Source of the DNA: Heterodontus francisci
Lineage: Eukaryota
Direction of reading: 5' to 3'
NCBI RefSeq assembly: GCF_036365525.1
Contig: NC_090388.1
Coordinates: 43,731,159-43,795,158, forward strand
DNA length: 64,000 nt
Below, piece after piece: positions 1 through 12,330 of the stretch. Within the stretch, counting starts at the first letter, position 1. Every line of letters starts with the position of its first letter. The notes under the pieces are model-generated. The model saw nothing but the letters and a program-made list of their open reading frames with translations. It was not told the origin of the DNA and searched no databases. The position numbers and the translations under genes were made by a program.

Positions 1-1006
1 TGACGCCAATCCGGCTCCATATACTGAGATCTGTAATAAAGTGTTTTTAACTTTCTTCATACCATTGCCAATTTTTTGTTCCCTTTAATGATTGACCATA
101 TTTGTTCCAGTTGAATGGTTTTGGATAAGTGTTCGGATGTGTTGATGATCATCAAACCGGCGATGACTTGTTCAAACGCAGATTAACGCGACGTGATGTC
201 AGAGAAAAGGTGCTTATCAAGGCCAGGTCTCAGCGTCCCGCACAAAGATTCTAAAACGCTAGGCAGCATCGGTGCGTGAGCATGCATGGCATATGCAAGA
301 ACTAAAATCGTTTACTTTTTGTAATAGCTTTTAAACTTGTTCGGTGAAGAACCCGTTTAAGAAAGAAAATTTGAACATCATAAAGCAATCGTAAGCTGTC
401 CAATCTTCAATACTGAATTCCGCTACAATAGGTTCTCTGTCATTGTATTGGTGAGTGTTGAGCGGGGAAATGTTCACCAGATTCCATTTCCTAGCATCAG
501 TTCTGTCAGGTCAGACCTTGTCTAGGAGCTTCTGTAGTGCACATACGTGAGCTGTATGACTGATACAAACGTCGAAGAATTGACGAATGTTCTTCTCGAT
601 AAAGTGCAAACTATTATATCAGAACATCATATTCCCATTAATTGTCTTTAACCGTCTAGAGGTTTGATAATGAACACACTTGTTTTGAGGCTTTGTGAAA
701 TAGCCCCCAGAATTTAAAACAAGTCGGAACAAAAAAAAAGTGAAATATTTTAAAGTTCCTTTTCAACGTGACTGGGTCCGATGAAGGGTGAATGGGGATA
801 CTGTGTCTTTGATTAGCGAGTTTAAATTCTGAGCACTGCTCTGCGCCTCCCTGGTCTAGCAGCGGCTCCGCGAGCTCCAACCAGAGTGCACGCTGCCGTT
901 TCTTCTATTCCACGCGATCCTGCAGAAATAGCATGTTTTTTAAAAAAGACTCCTTAGCACGACTGGATAAAGCTTAATTCATTTACCTTTCTGTTTCGTT
1001 CTACAG

Positions 1007-1079
1007 AGCACCTTAAGACGACCAGTGTTTTGGAAAGACTTAGATTCAATCATACTTCGAAAGAACTGACTGCCCAGAA
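1007..1079 (+). other. PTHLH: Probable 5' UTR exon of PTHLH
   Basis: Pyrimidine tract plus ctacAG acceptor (1005-1006) and GTAAGT donor (1080-1085), just upstream of the signal-peptide exon. Confidence 0.5.
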
Positions 1080-1256
1080 GTAAGTGAGAGAAGGGGGATC
1101 AATTTACATGTACACTGGAATCCTGTTTTATAATTTTCACACAGTTTTGAGTCAGCTTTGTGGAAAGAGTTCTGAGTGTAAAGGCTGAGTGGGGATTCTA
1201 TCATGCACTGAATTCTGACTCGTGAATTCTCGTGTTCGCAGGTTAAGCGAAGTGAG

Positions 1257-1363
1257 ATGGCGAACACAAGGAGATTGTTTGACCAGCTAAGCTTTGCAAT
1301 ATTTCTCCTGTGTTGTTCAATGCCCACATATGGAAAGCCAGTGGATGAAATCTCCATTATACA
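1257..1363 (+). CDS. PTHLH: PTHrP prepro (signal peptide) exon: MANTRRLFDQLSFAIFLLCCSMPTYGKPVDEISII
   Basis: Acceptor ttcgcAG at 1240-1241, ATG at 1257, GTAAGT donor at 1364 (phase 2). Resembles the PTHrP prepro sequence and splices in frame to the next exon, giving ...IIQKR-SVSEHQ. Confidence 0.93.
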
Positions 1364-2140
1364 GTAAGTTTTTTTTTATTGTGATGTTCCTATTAACTGC
1401 ATATTAACAGAGACTGAGCATAATGTCTGTTTTATACTGTAGAGTGAATGCTGCATATAACGCATTCAAATGTTTCCCAATGTGGTGCATGAGACGGAAT
1501 ATAGTTTTCTTTTTAAACCGCACCTAGTTCAATACAGAAATAGTTCTAATTATTTGTTAAAGTATGACAGGTGATTTGGATGTTCATTTTCATCAGTTTT
1601 AAAACGAAGGGTGTTCGGATCGCGGAAACAGAGGTGGTTTAATAAAACTACAGAAATGACCAAGTGAAGCATTGCGCTGCCAAAGCTTTGGATCAGTAAT
1701 TGATCCAGGTTAAGGATTTTAATCCAGCGCCCTGTCGTCTCGATAGAAGATTCTGTTGCGATAAGCTTGCGATCCAGCTGCAAACGTTGTTCAATTGATT
1801 CAGGATCAAGTGCGCGCTGAATTTACGACCATATGAAGACGTTTGGGTCAAGGTTTTGCGTTAGATGCCCTGTTATATTTTACAGTCGAGACCTTGACAT
1901 GAACTTGCCTTAAAATAGTTCATAATGAAAACAAATCGTATTAAAATTTTGACTTTAAAATTACTCCAGCGCAGTAGGTTCGGTTGGAATGCAGTTTGAA
2001 TAATACCGCTTTCCTGTTACGGTCGATTGGAATTTAATGGCTGTGTTTTGATGTGGTTAGAACTGGTTTGAACTGTGCTTGAGCCTGTGCCGAGCTGTCT
2101 AATCTAAAATAATAAAAAATCTCGTGTCTGTGTTTTGTAG

Positions 2141-2618
2141 GAAGAGGTCTGTCTCGGAGCACCAGTTCATGCATGACAAGAGCAGGTCTATCCAGGAGCT
2201 GCAGAGGCGGATCTGGCTGCACAACGTAATGGGCGAGCTGCACACAGCTGAGGGCCGGGGAATGGCTCACTCACAGCCGTCTCGCAACCCCAAACACCCG
2301 GCGACGTGGCCGGACTCGGGGGACCTGGCCGTGCTTCTCATCAAACTCGCAGCCAACAGCAGCAACAACGAGGGCACCAAGACTCCGCTGGAACAGCTAC
2401 AAGAGACCAACAAGCCCGGTCCTTTCAAATACCAGAACGCAAAGAAGAATGGCAAGAGGAAGAAGCAAGGGAAAAACAACAAGCGCAAAGCGCAGAGAGG
2501 TCGGGAGGAGAAGAGCAGAAGGCACACACGCTCTGCGGGTTCCGAAGTTAGGGATCCCGGCAGCGGATCCGACTCGGAGCCGCTCCCCACTGCCGCCTAT
2601 GGACGGTTGTGGCACTAA
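2141..2618 (+). CDS. PTHLH: Parathyroid hormone-related protein, main coding exon (mature hormone, basic NLS, C-terminus)
   Basis: ttttgtAG acceptor; KR-SVSEHQFMHDKSRSIQELQRRIWLHNVMGELHTAE is PTH-family 1-34; QETNK, Lys/Arg-rich NLS and RRHTRSA match PTHrP rather than PTH; TAA at 2616-2618; synteny with KLHL42 and MANSC4. Confidence 0.97.
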
Positions 2619-3529
2619 AGGGCCAACTTGTAAAATACACCCTTAGGTAATTACATAATGCTGTCCCAGTCGATTCTCTCAGACTTGCTATAAAGGTCAA
2701 AAGGCGAGTGGTAGTGCAGATAATACCCGATACCGGCAAATTGCGGCTGTGATGTACAGTCAGCAAAACCTGGCTGCACCCAGGTACAACGAGCACAGGG
2801 CAGTCTATATTCAAGTGCATGGAGGTATGTTCGCACCTGCATTCCCCAGACAGTAACTTTTAACGTAAGCTGAGAACAGGCACGTAGCATTAAAATAGAT
2901 CCATTCAAACTATTAAATGGATAATTGTGAAATGCATCTTTGCACCAGGGTGCAGTTATATCGCATCCATGGCAAAATTCCAAGCAGTGTCGTACTTAGT
3001 GTCAGATCAGCACCCAAACTACACGGATACTTTCTTGATTTTCACATTACGCTGACGTGAAAGTGGCGGCATAACTGCAGACTCAGATTGGTTTTGCTTT
3101 AAGTCAATGAACAAAATACTTAAAAAGTGAAAACTTTTCATTAATTATAGCCAGAGGCTGTAACATGTTGGAACCTAATCGACTTTGTACAACATAATCC
3201 TTTGTAAAATGTCTTACGGTTGCACTGATGCTATCATTTTTGTGTGCAGTTTGATTGTGAATCAGCACAAGTTAGGATCAAATCTAAAGATAAGAGGTGC
3301 TAGACCCCTCCAAAAATCAATTTTGCAACGACTGGGCTTGTCACTGTATGGAGTATAATTTCCGGATGCACCTGGCTGGTTTAAAAGCAGCTCAGATGGA
3401 TCGCATCTCCTCTGCACTTGTAAAACTTGGTGTGCAGTGAATGTTGCATGTTTTGAGAAAAGGGACACTACAGCCCAGTCTCCCGAAGTTAAAAGGGTGC
3501 AGGAGGAGAAGAGCTCTGTGCAAACATTC

Positions 3530-3830
3530 GCAAAACAACCGCTTACATTTATTTAACAAGGCCTTTAACGTAGGGAAACGTCCCAAAGCACGTCACAGAA
3601 ACCTAGTCATTGAGCTAAAGAAGGAAACATTAGGAGGGGGACTAAAAGCTTGGTCAAAATGGTGGATTTTAAGGAGGGTCTTAAAGGAGATGAGAGAGGT
3701 GGAGAGGTTTAGGAAGAGAATTCCAGAATTGAGACCAAGGCATCTGAAGGCATGAGTGTGCAGAATTCTTGGATGGTTGTAGGGCTGCAGGAGATTACAG
3801 AGAAGGGAGGAGTGACACCCTAGCAGGCAC
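3530..3830 (-). mobile_element. L2-type LINE 3' fragment; a second copy at about 4265-4480
   Basis: Same sequence family as 17270-18190 and 40945-41725 (aaaagcttggtcaaa...agagaattccaga). Confidence 0.65.
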
Positions 3831-4537
3831 CATCCGATTCACAACCACTTTCAGTCCATGCGTATGAAAGCTGTTATTTGCATATTACAAGTACCATATC
3901 TTGAGTTGACACTACAACTTTAGTGTTACTGCAAAATAAGTTTCATAAAAAGTAAAATATAAAGTTGCTGTATAAATCCATAGTCCTAACCCATCATTAA
4001 CTGCAGATGGAAGTGGAGTGGAGACTTTTCGGAGGAGACAGTCGCGTATGGCTTGGGCTTGAGACGGCATGGAGTGTAACTCCGGCATGATGTCAAATCA
4101 CATTTAATCACATCTCCACAGGACAGCTTGAACTTCCTGGATACTTGTTAAAACCAACAGGAGTTAATTTAAACATTTAGACAGTGTAAAACTGATATAG
4201 CAACTACAGAGTAAACCAGGCAGTGTAAATAGTGTACTGCCTGTATTTCTGGTACAGTATAACAGCAACTCGCATTTATATAGCGCCTTTAAGGTAATAA
4301 AATGACCCAAAGCGCTTCATTGGAGTGTTATAAAGCAAAGTTTTACAGCAAGCCACATAAGGCAATATTAGGGCGGATGGTCAAAAGCTTGTTTAAAGAG
4401 ATAGGTTTTATGAAGTGCCATAAAGGAAGAAAGAGAGGTTTAGAGGGAATTCCAGAGCTGAGGGCCTAGGCAGCTGAAGGGGTACACCGATGAACTCACT
4501 CTCACATGACCTGTAGAATCCAGCCTCTCAAACTGGT

Positions 4538-4657
4538 AAATTGCCCCTAGTGTAGGTAGGTGGTAGGGAATATGGGATTACTGTAGGGTTAGTATAAATG
4601 GGTGGTTGTTGGTAGGCACAGACTCGGTGGGCCGAAGGGCCTGTTTCAGTGCTGTAT
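4538..4657 (+). mobile_element. HE1-type SINE, 3' part
   Basis: Reverse complement of part of 58807-59099; ends in the CR1/HER1-like tail gggccgaagggcctgtttcagtgctgta. Confidence 0.7.
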
Positions 4658-4671
4658 TACTAAAAAATATA

Positions 4672-4888
4672 TATAAAAACAAGAAATGCTGGAACCACTC
4701 AGCAGGTCTGGCAGCATCTGTGGAAAGAGAAGCAGAGTTAACGTTTCGGGTCAGTGACCCTTCTTCGGAACTGACCCAAAACGTTAACTCTGCTTCTCTT
4801 TCCACAGATGTTGCCAGACCTGCTGAGTGGTTCCAGCATTTCTTGTTTTTATTCCAGATTTCCAGCATCCGCAGTATTTTGCTTTTAG
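4672..4888. repeat. Fold-back Penelope-derived repeat (arms of about 80 bp)
   Basis: 4672-4754 is a near-perfect reverse complement of 4771-4852; same family at about 33480-33960, 44030-44445, 51660-51810 and 63207-63337. Confidence 0.8.
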
Positions 4889-5819
4889 TACAAATTTTTA
4901 TTATCTGTTTTCACATAACTGCCCTGATTTACTTTAAATGTTGCTGTAATAACATTTCCTAGTCACAGATTCATAATTTTATAGGTATTAGGTTGATATT
5001 CAGTAAAGTCCAATATGAGAAATATCCAACAATCAACTCAGAAGTTATCAAATATTTTCCAGCGCCCCTCTTTCACATTACAGTCGAATACTATGGAAAC
5101 TGTTTCAAGCAATTTATCTAATGACCTGTTTGATTTGCAAGAACGACAAAATATCCAATAAATTAGTACTTTTTCTATATTTTGTTCGATTTTGAGATTC
5201 TGCCTCTCAAGGTGAAGGACAATTTTTAACATTTAATGGTCAAAAGATATCCTCTTTAAGTAACCTTGCCAACGAGTGGACAATTTTTATACCTTGGACT
5301 GGTCCAATGAGAACTGGAATAAATTTGAAGGAACACATTTAACTTGATACGTAGCTGAGTGAGGAGAGAAAGATACTTTCACTCCTATCTGTCTAGCTTA
5401 TAAGTGTTCTAGCCTACTGCACCAGCCAGCTCCCACACGGAGGATTCAAAGTACAGGCCAATAAACGTTCTATTCATGTAAGCAGTATAGCAGAGTTACG
5501 AGCTTGAGAGTAACATGGATTAGGTCTAGGAATCAGCAGCTCGATATTGCACCTGACCATGGAATACACAGCAAATTGTGTGCATGCAAACATACATGGC
5601 TGAAGCCATTTCCTGTCGGTGCAAAATGTGTAGTATAACTAGTCTATTAGAAGGCAGTCTACCTGGCTATTTGGTATTTTCACAGGGATTCCCAATTAAA
5701 GTTCTACTTGTTACAAAGTTATCAACGTAATTGTTCATTGATCATATTTTAATGGAGCGTTGCGGGTTTTGTTTGTTTAAAATACAAAGTGACGACCTAA
5801 TTTTCCTTTTTTTTTGCAG

Positions 5820-6160
5820 GCAGGTCTGTTTTTCAGGAGAGACCGAAAAATATTTTGCAGTATTCTGTATTTGTGATCATAATTAAACTATTAAACATAT
5901 TTATTGATTGTAAATATAAAAACACACGAGAATAAAAACGTGAGTGTACACTATAGAACTGTACATTGGTCATTCTAAATATTTGGCAATCCATGATTAA
6001 TGTCCCATTCCGTAATTTATTTGTTAAGTCATCTATTTATTTGAATTGTGTATCTTGGTGCTGCTAACTTTATATATATAAATATTGTAAATATATGCAC
6101 TTTAGAGTTCAAGTAATGTTGTTACGTGACCTATAATAAAGTGTTTTCGTGGTTCCTTGA
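5820..6160 (+). other. PTHLH: Terminal 3' UTR exon of PTHLH
   Basis: Long T tract plus cAG acceptor (5818-5819), partner donor ag|GTAATT at 2647, ATTTA elements, AATAAA at 5931 and 6135. Blocks such as GTATCTTGGTGCTGCT and CATTGGTCATT recalled from the mammalian PTHLH 3' UTR. Confidence 0.8.
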
Positions 6161-7769
6161 ATTGGAAAAGGAAGTAGTGCTCTTTAATAACACGAATTAT
6201 GCACGTTACTGAGGCATCTGGCTAAATTCATAAAACAGTTGATAGAACAGTAACAGTTATTTGGCAAAAGCCCCGCAATGCCTCACAGTGCCCTGAGTTA
6301 TAATGCGTTCTTCTTGTGAGCAAACGGAAATTAGAGAAATAATAATAGTGAGTAATACTATCGGTCTCAAGCCAAGATGACTTAAAAGGCATAGGAGTTA
6401 GCGTAATAGCTTTTAGAAGAATCGTGGGCACACCTGCTTAGTCAGGAATGCTTTGTAAGTCTACCTAGAGATGTTTGCTAACGAAAAATGCTAACTTTTG
6501 AACTTTGGATTTTAGTTTGAAGAAATGAACGTTGGTTTTGCAACAAGAACGTGACTGAAGGGAAATTTATATTTAAATGTAAAGTCTAGTTGTCATAAAA
6601 ACTCATCTCCAGAATAACATTTTTATGATTAAGGTAGCTGGTAACTTTGGATCACTTTTATTCAGGTCTGGTCCTTGAAGCAACACTGGCACACAACTCG
6701 TTTCTGTAAGGCTGAAGCACATCAAAGAATCAGTATGATTTGCAATAAACCTGCATGCTGGTTTATTAAGCACTCTGATCTGAAACCGTTGCAAGAATTG
6801 CAGATAAAAATGTTGATGTGCTCGAATTTCCAGAAAGCTTCTCTTTCCGTGTGCCAGTGGAGGGCAGCACGGACCCGAGGTTCACTCGAGGAAAAGCCGA
6901 AATTAATTTCCTCATTAAAACAACCAGGGCAAATTCAAATGGGTTCAATCGCAGCTTTGAACGATGATATGAATTAAACACATCTCTTGTTAGCGTATTA
7001 TCAAAAAAGAGTCAACTTGGAGGGAAACACATTAAGCTCCAGCCTGTTCAGTGAGTGGTATCTAATCATCTAAACTAGCGATTTTATATTAAATTTTGGT
7101 TCCTATTTTTCTAAGTTGCTATACGATACACCCATCTCCCGCTCTTGTTCCTGAAAACCTCCTTATTTAACAGACGAAAGCAGCATGTACCTTTGTTTCG
7201 AGACGAATAGCAATACACAAATAGTAAGCACACAATTAAACAAATACGGAAAGTACAATAAAGATCAACGCACATACTATGAGACCGCCTAGATTATTAT
7301 TCTTTGATTGGGTAGATAAGACTAAATGTAAAATTACTTTTCTTATTTTAGAATTCGATTTGTTTTGTATTACAATAAGTATTTGTTGAGTTTATTGCAG
7401 CGCGTCTCTCAAGCAAGAAGTAAATCTCAACATTTTTATTTTGAACGAGTAGCATTTTTGTCCTGTGCCAGACATCCACTTCTAAGTCTTTAGATGCCAA
7501 AACCAATATTGCTATTAATGGCGAAAACCTTCCCTAAGCTTCAAATGAAGCCTGAGGGGAAGACTGACTCCTATACGTTTGCATTTGTACTATAGCGGCC
7601 CCAATTGGTCTATGACGCAACCATTTTTAATTCAATTCCATATCCATATTTTTAGATCTGATGGCGATAATTCCTGAGTCGTCTCTGAGCAAGGAGTTAT
7701 GTAAAGGTTCAGTCTTTAGATTCCATGATAACGTTCTAATGCAAAAACTAATTTCACAAGTAAACTAGC

Positions 7770-9078
7770 AAGATAAATAAAAACAGATTGTAAAAGTTTC
7801 TACAGGTATGTAAAAAGGAAGAGATTGGCGAATGTAAACGTGGGTCCCTTACAGGCAAAGACAGGATAAATTCTAATGGGAAATAAGGAAATCAAACAAA
7901 TACTTTATATCTGTCTTCACCTTAGAAGACACAAAAAGCATTCCTGAAATACTGGGTCTAGTGAGAATGAGGAACTTAAAGAAATTAGTTCTTTGGGCCT
8001 CCTTATCTCGAGAGACAATGGATACGCGCCTGGAGGTGGTCAGTGGTTTGTGAAGCAGCGCCTGGAGTGGCTATAAAGGCCAATTCTGGAGTGACAGGCT
8101 CTTCCACAGGTGCTGCAGAGAAATTTGTTTGTTGGGGCTGTTGCACAGTTGGCTCTCCCCTTGCGCCTCTGTCTTTTTTCCTGCCAACTACTAAGTCTCT
8201 TCGACTCGCCACAATTTAGCCCTGTCTTTATGGCTGCCCGCCAGCTCTGGCGAACGCTGGCAACTGACTCCCACGACTTGTGATCAATGTCACACGATTT
8301 CATGCATGTCAATTAGTATTCCTAAAGAAATAGCACTGGAGAAATAAATAGAACTAAAAACTAACAAATACATTGGACCTAATGACCTACATTCCAGGGT
8401 TTTAAAAGAGGTGGTGTCATAGATTTGTTAATGGGCAGAAAACAGAGTAAGAATAAAGAGTCATTTTTGGGTTGGCACACTGTAACTACAAGGATCAGTA
8501 TTTGGCTCTCAGCTATCAATGTCTTAGAGTCAGAACAGAAGGAGGCCATTTGGCCCTTCGAGTCATGCCAGCGCTCCACAGAGATATGCAGTCAGTCCCA
8601 TTCTCCAGCTCGATCCCCATAGCCCTGCAAGTCTATTTCTCTCATGAAGGGACCGAGTGTGATGTATCTGAGTTTTCTAATGATACAAATTTAGGTGGGA
8701 AAGAATGCTGTGAGGAGGATGTGAAGAGGCTGCAAAGGGATATAGACAGGTTAAGCAAGTGGGGAAAAAGGTGGCAAATGTAATATAATGTGGGGAAGTA
8801 TGAAATTATCCACTTTGGTAGGAAAATAGGAAAGCAGAATATTTTTTAAATGGTGAGAGACTGGGAAATGTTGGCATTTAGAGGGATTTGGGTACCTGAA
8901 CACAAATGATAGAAAGTTAACATTCAGGTATGGCAAGCGATTAGGAAAACAAATGGTGTGTTAGTCTTTTTTACAAAGGAATTGGAGTACAAAAGTATAG
9001 AAGTCTTATTGCAATCATATACAGCCTTGTTCAGATCACACCTGGAGTAATGTGTACAATTTTGGTTTCCTTACCTAA
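7770..9078 (+). mobile_element. Degraded CR1-type LINE fragments
   Basis: CR1 RT-like peptide in ORF 8472-8783 (VSEFSNDTNLGG...LQRDIDRLSKW); the 3' end continues at about 9510-9715 and 12340-12800. Confidence 0.75.
7990..8310 (-). mobile_element. 5'-truncated RTE LINE inserted in CR1
   Basis: C-terminal CxxC...H...C peptide (CSTCGRACHSRIGLYSHSRRC); same family as 46776-47100; 7-bp TSD aattagt at 7983-7989 and 8311-8317. Confidence 0.85.
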
Positions 9079-9744
9079 TGTTATGAATATTGGACCTTGT
9101 AACATGATTATGTTTTAAAAATTGTGATTTAAAAAAAAATTCAATAGAGTCCGGAAGGCCTGGTGACCTCACCTCCACTCTGCGAAAGGACAAGACTGAA
9201 GTCTTGGTTATCAGGTCTACAGAGAACACAGATCAAAGACTTTCTTTTGAAAAACAGAGACTGTAGGGCTAATACCTGAGTTTGGGACTTCTAAGCGCAA
9301 AGGATTCACCATCAAAAGGGTCTGTGTAAAGTACAAGTGTGGTGTGAGGTTTTCGAGTGTTTTAATAAATTAAAAGAAAACTTTCTTTGCAATTTGGTGT
9401 TTCAACTACTTACAAAGTACTATTCAGTTGATTGGGGATTTCTTTTAGTCTAGTTGTTATAATATAAGTCTTAAAATATAAAATCTTGTTGTGTAATTGT
9501 TACAAGTTGCAACCCAGAGGGTTGTAGATGCTCCATCATTGAATACATTTAAGACAGGGATAGACAAATTTTTGGTCTTTCATGGAATCAAGGGATATGC
9601 CGAGCAGGTGGGAAAGTGGAGTTGAAGCTAAGATCAGTCATGCTTGTGTTGAATAGCGGAGCAGGCACGATGGGCCATATGGTCAACTCCTGCTCCTATT
9701 TCTTGTGTTCTTGTCATTCTTGAAATTGGTCTGGGGGGTTCATT

Positions 9745-11140
9745 TTTTATTTGTTCATGGAATGTGGGCATCACTGGCTAGGCCAGCATTTATTGTCCAT
9801 CCCTAATTGCCATTGAGAAGGTGGTGGTGAGCTGTCTTCATGAACCGCTCCTTGGGTTGCAGGTACACCCACAGTGCTGTTAGAAATGGAGTTCCATGAT
9901 TTTCACCTAGCGACAGTAAAGGAACAGCGATATAGTTCCAAGTCAGGATGGTGTTTGACTTGGAGGGGAACTTGCAGGCGGTGGTGTTCCCATGCATCTG
10001 CTGCCCTTGTCCTTCTAGTTGGTAGAGGTTGCAGGTTTGGAAGGTGCTGTCGAAGGAAATTCGGTGAGTTGCTGCAGTGCACCTTGTAGATGGTACACAC
10101 TGCTGCCACTGTACATCAGTGGTGAAGGGAGTGAATGTTGAAGGTGGTGGATGGGTTGCCAATCAAGCAGGCTGTTTTGTCCTGGATGGTGTCGAGCTTC
10201 TTGAGTGTTGTGGGAGCTGCATGCATCCAGGCAAGTGGAGAGTATTCCATCACACTCCTGACTTGGGCCTTGTAGATGGTGGACAGACAGTGAGGAGACA
10301 GGAGGTGAGTTACTCACCACAGGATTCCCAGCCACTGTAACCACAGTGTTTATGTGGTTTGTCCAGTTCCATTTCTGGTCAACGGTAACCCCCAGAATGT
10401 TGATAATGGGGGATTCCATGATGGTAATGCCATTGAATAGCAAGGGGAGATGGTTATATTCTCTCTTGTTTGAGATGGTCATTGCCTGCCACTTGTGTAG
10501 CGCGAATATTACTTGCCACATATCAGCCCAAGCCTGAATGTTGTCCAGGTCTTGCTGCATCTGGACAGTGGCTGCTTCAGTATCTGAGGAGTTGTGAATG
10601 GTCCAGAACATTGTTCAATCATCAGTGAACACCCCACTTCTGCCCTTATGATAGAGGGAAGGTCATTGATGAAGCAGCTGAAGATGGTTGAGCCTAGGAC
10701 ACCACCCTGCGGAATTCCTACAGTGATGTCCTGGGACTGATTGATCTCCAACAACCACAACCATCTTCCTTTGTGCTAGTTATTACTCCAACCAGCGTAG
10801 AGTTTTCCTCCTGATTCCCATTGACTCCAGTTTTGCTGGGGCTCCTTGATGCCATACTTAGTCAAATGCTGCCTTGGCATCATTGGCAGTCACTCAGGCC
10901 TCACCTCTCGAGTTCAGCTGTTTTGTGCATGTTTGGACAAAGGCTGTAACGAGGTCAGAAGCTGAGTGACCCTGGCAGAACCCAAACTGAACATCAGTGA
11001 GCAGGTTATTGCTGAGCAAGTGCCATTTGATAGCACTGTCAATGACTCCCTTCCATCACTTTGCTGATGATCAAGAGTAGACTGATAGGGCAGTAATTGG
11101 CTGGATAGGATTTGTCCCGCTTTTTGTGTACAGGACATAT
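9745..11140 (-). mobile_element. CR1/L2-group LINE, 3' RT portion
   Basis: PQGGVLG and INDLP RT motifs with frameshifts; same family as 21050-21920 plus 28109-28417. Confidence 0.85.
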
Positions 11141-11149
11141 CTCATTTTT

Positions 11150-12330
11150 TTCATGTTAATGATCTCACTGAGGTTCTAACTCCTCCTAAGAACTCTTCAT
11201 TCTCTTCTTTGCTGCAATGCTTAAGGAAGGCACCAGAGGCATGCCTACAGGCATCAACATTAGGTTCTGTTCAAGGAAGCTGTTCAATCTCTCCAGACTG
11301 CATGCCTCCACCAAAGTCAAAGAGGCATGCTCATGACTATGCCCTAGCTGCCCACAACAAGGAAGACATCCAGAGTATGGTAAACAAATTCTCAAGTGCT
11401 TGCGAAAAACTTTAGTCTCCAAATCTGTGTCTCCAAGACCAAGGTCATGTTTCAGCCATCACCTGGTACACACTATGCAGCATCAGACATAACTGTTGAT
11501 GGAACCAGTCTCAAGGCTGTAGAAAAATGTTCATACCTTGGTAGTGTGCTCTCTAGGGATGCCACTATTGATGAAGACATCCATGCATGCACGCAGAAAG
11601 CAAGCTCTGCCGATAGCTGATTCCACGATCATGTCTGGAAGTAGCATGACATTAAGGTGAAGACTAAAACTCTTCCAGGTCATTGTCCTTACCATTCTGC
11701 TGTATGGCACAGAATCCTGAATCTGCTATAGGCTTCATATCAAAGCTCTGGAATGCTTCAACCGAAGACGCCTGAGGTCTATCATGAGAATTCAATAGTA
11801 GAACAAAATCACAAACAACAAAGGTCCTCCATCATGCTGGGCTCAACAGCATGGAGCCCATTCTCCAGAAAATTCAACTTAGATGGGCAAGCCATTTTTC
11901 CCACATGGATGATTACAGGTCCCTAAGCAGATCTTCTTTGGGGAACTGTCTCAGAGCAAACAACAAGATGGTCAGTACAAATGATATAAGGACACCCTAA
12001 AAAACAGCCCTACAAACTTCTGCATTGCAGACCACCTCTCTTGGGAAAACACTGCAGCTGACCGGCCCATGTGGAGCACTGAAATTTTGTTCAGCATGTT
12101 TCGAGGACCATCTAGGCCAAACTCACAACATCTGATGTGCCCAGAGGAAGGCCAGAGGTGGCGCAGCTACAGAAGGTCCACCTAGCACCAACTATAACAA
12201 TATGGCGTGCCAGTTCTGTGGACATTCATGCTGATCCCACATTGGACTCCTCAGTCTTGAGGAGACTCACAGAAGATGATGAAATCATTTACAGCTTGGA
12301 CATACTCTAACAAAGAGTCTACCATGATGA
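11150..12330 (+). mobile_element. Old RTE-like LINE remnant
   Basis: KTKVMFQP...YLGSVLS...IDEDI RT-tail peptide in ORF 11396-11620; many stops. Confidence 0.7.

Noticed and set aside
2034-2820. Several overlapping antisense or alternative-frame ORFs
   Set aside because: Shadows of the GC-rich PTHLH coding exon.
3985-4100. Branch-point-like ctaac plus ctgcAG, a possible alternative PTHLH terminal exon
   Set aside because: Weak pyrimidine tract and no recognisable homology; unsupported.
9079-9510. Possible solo LTR starting tgttatga inside CR1
   Set aside because: No clear CA end or TSD could be fixed.
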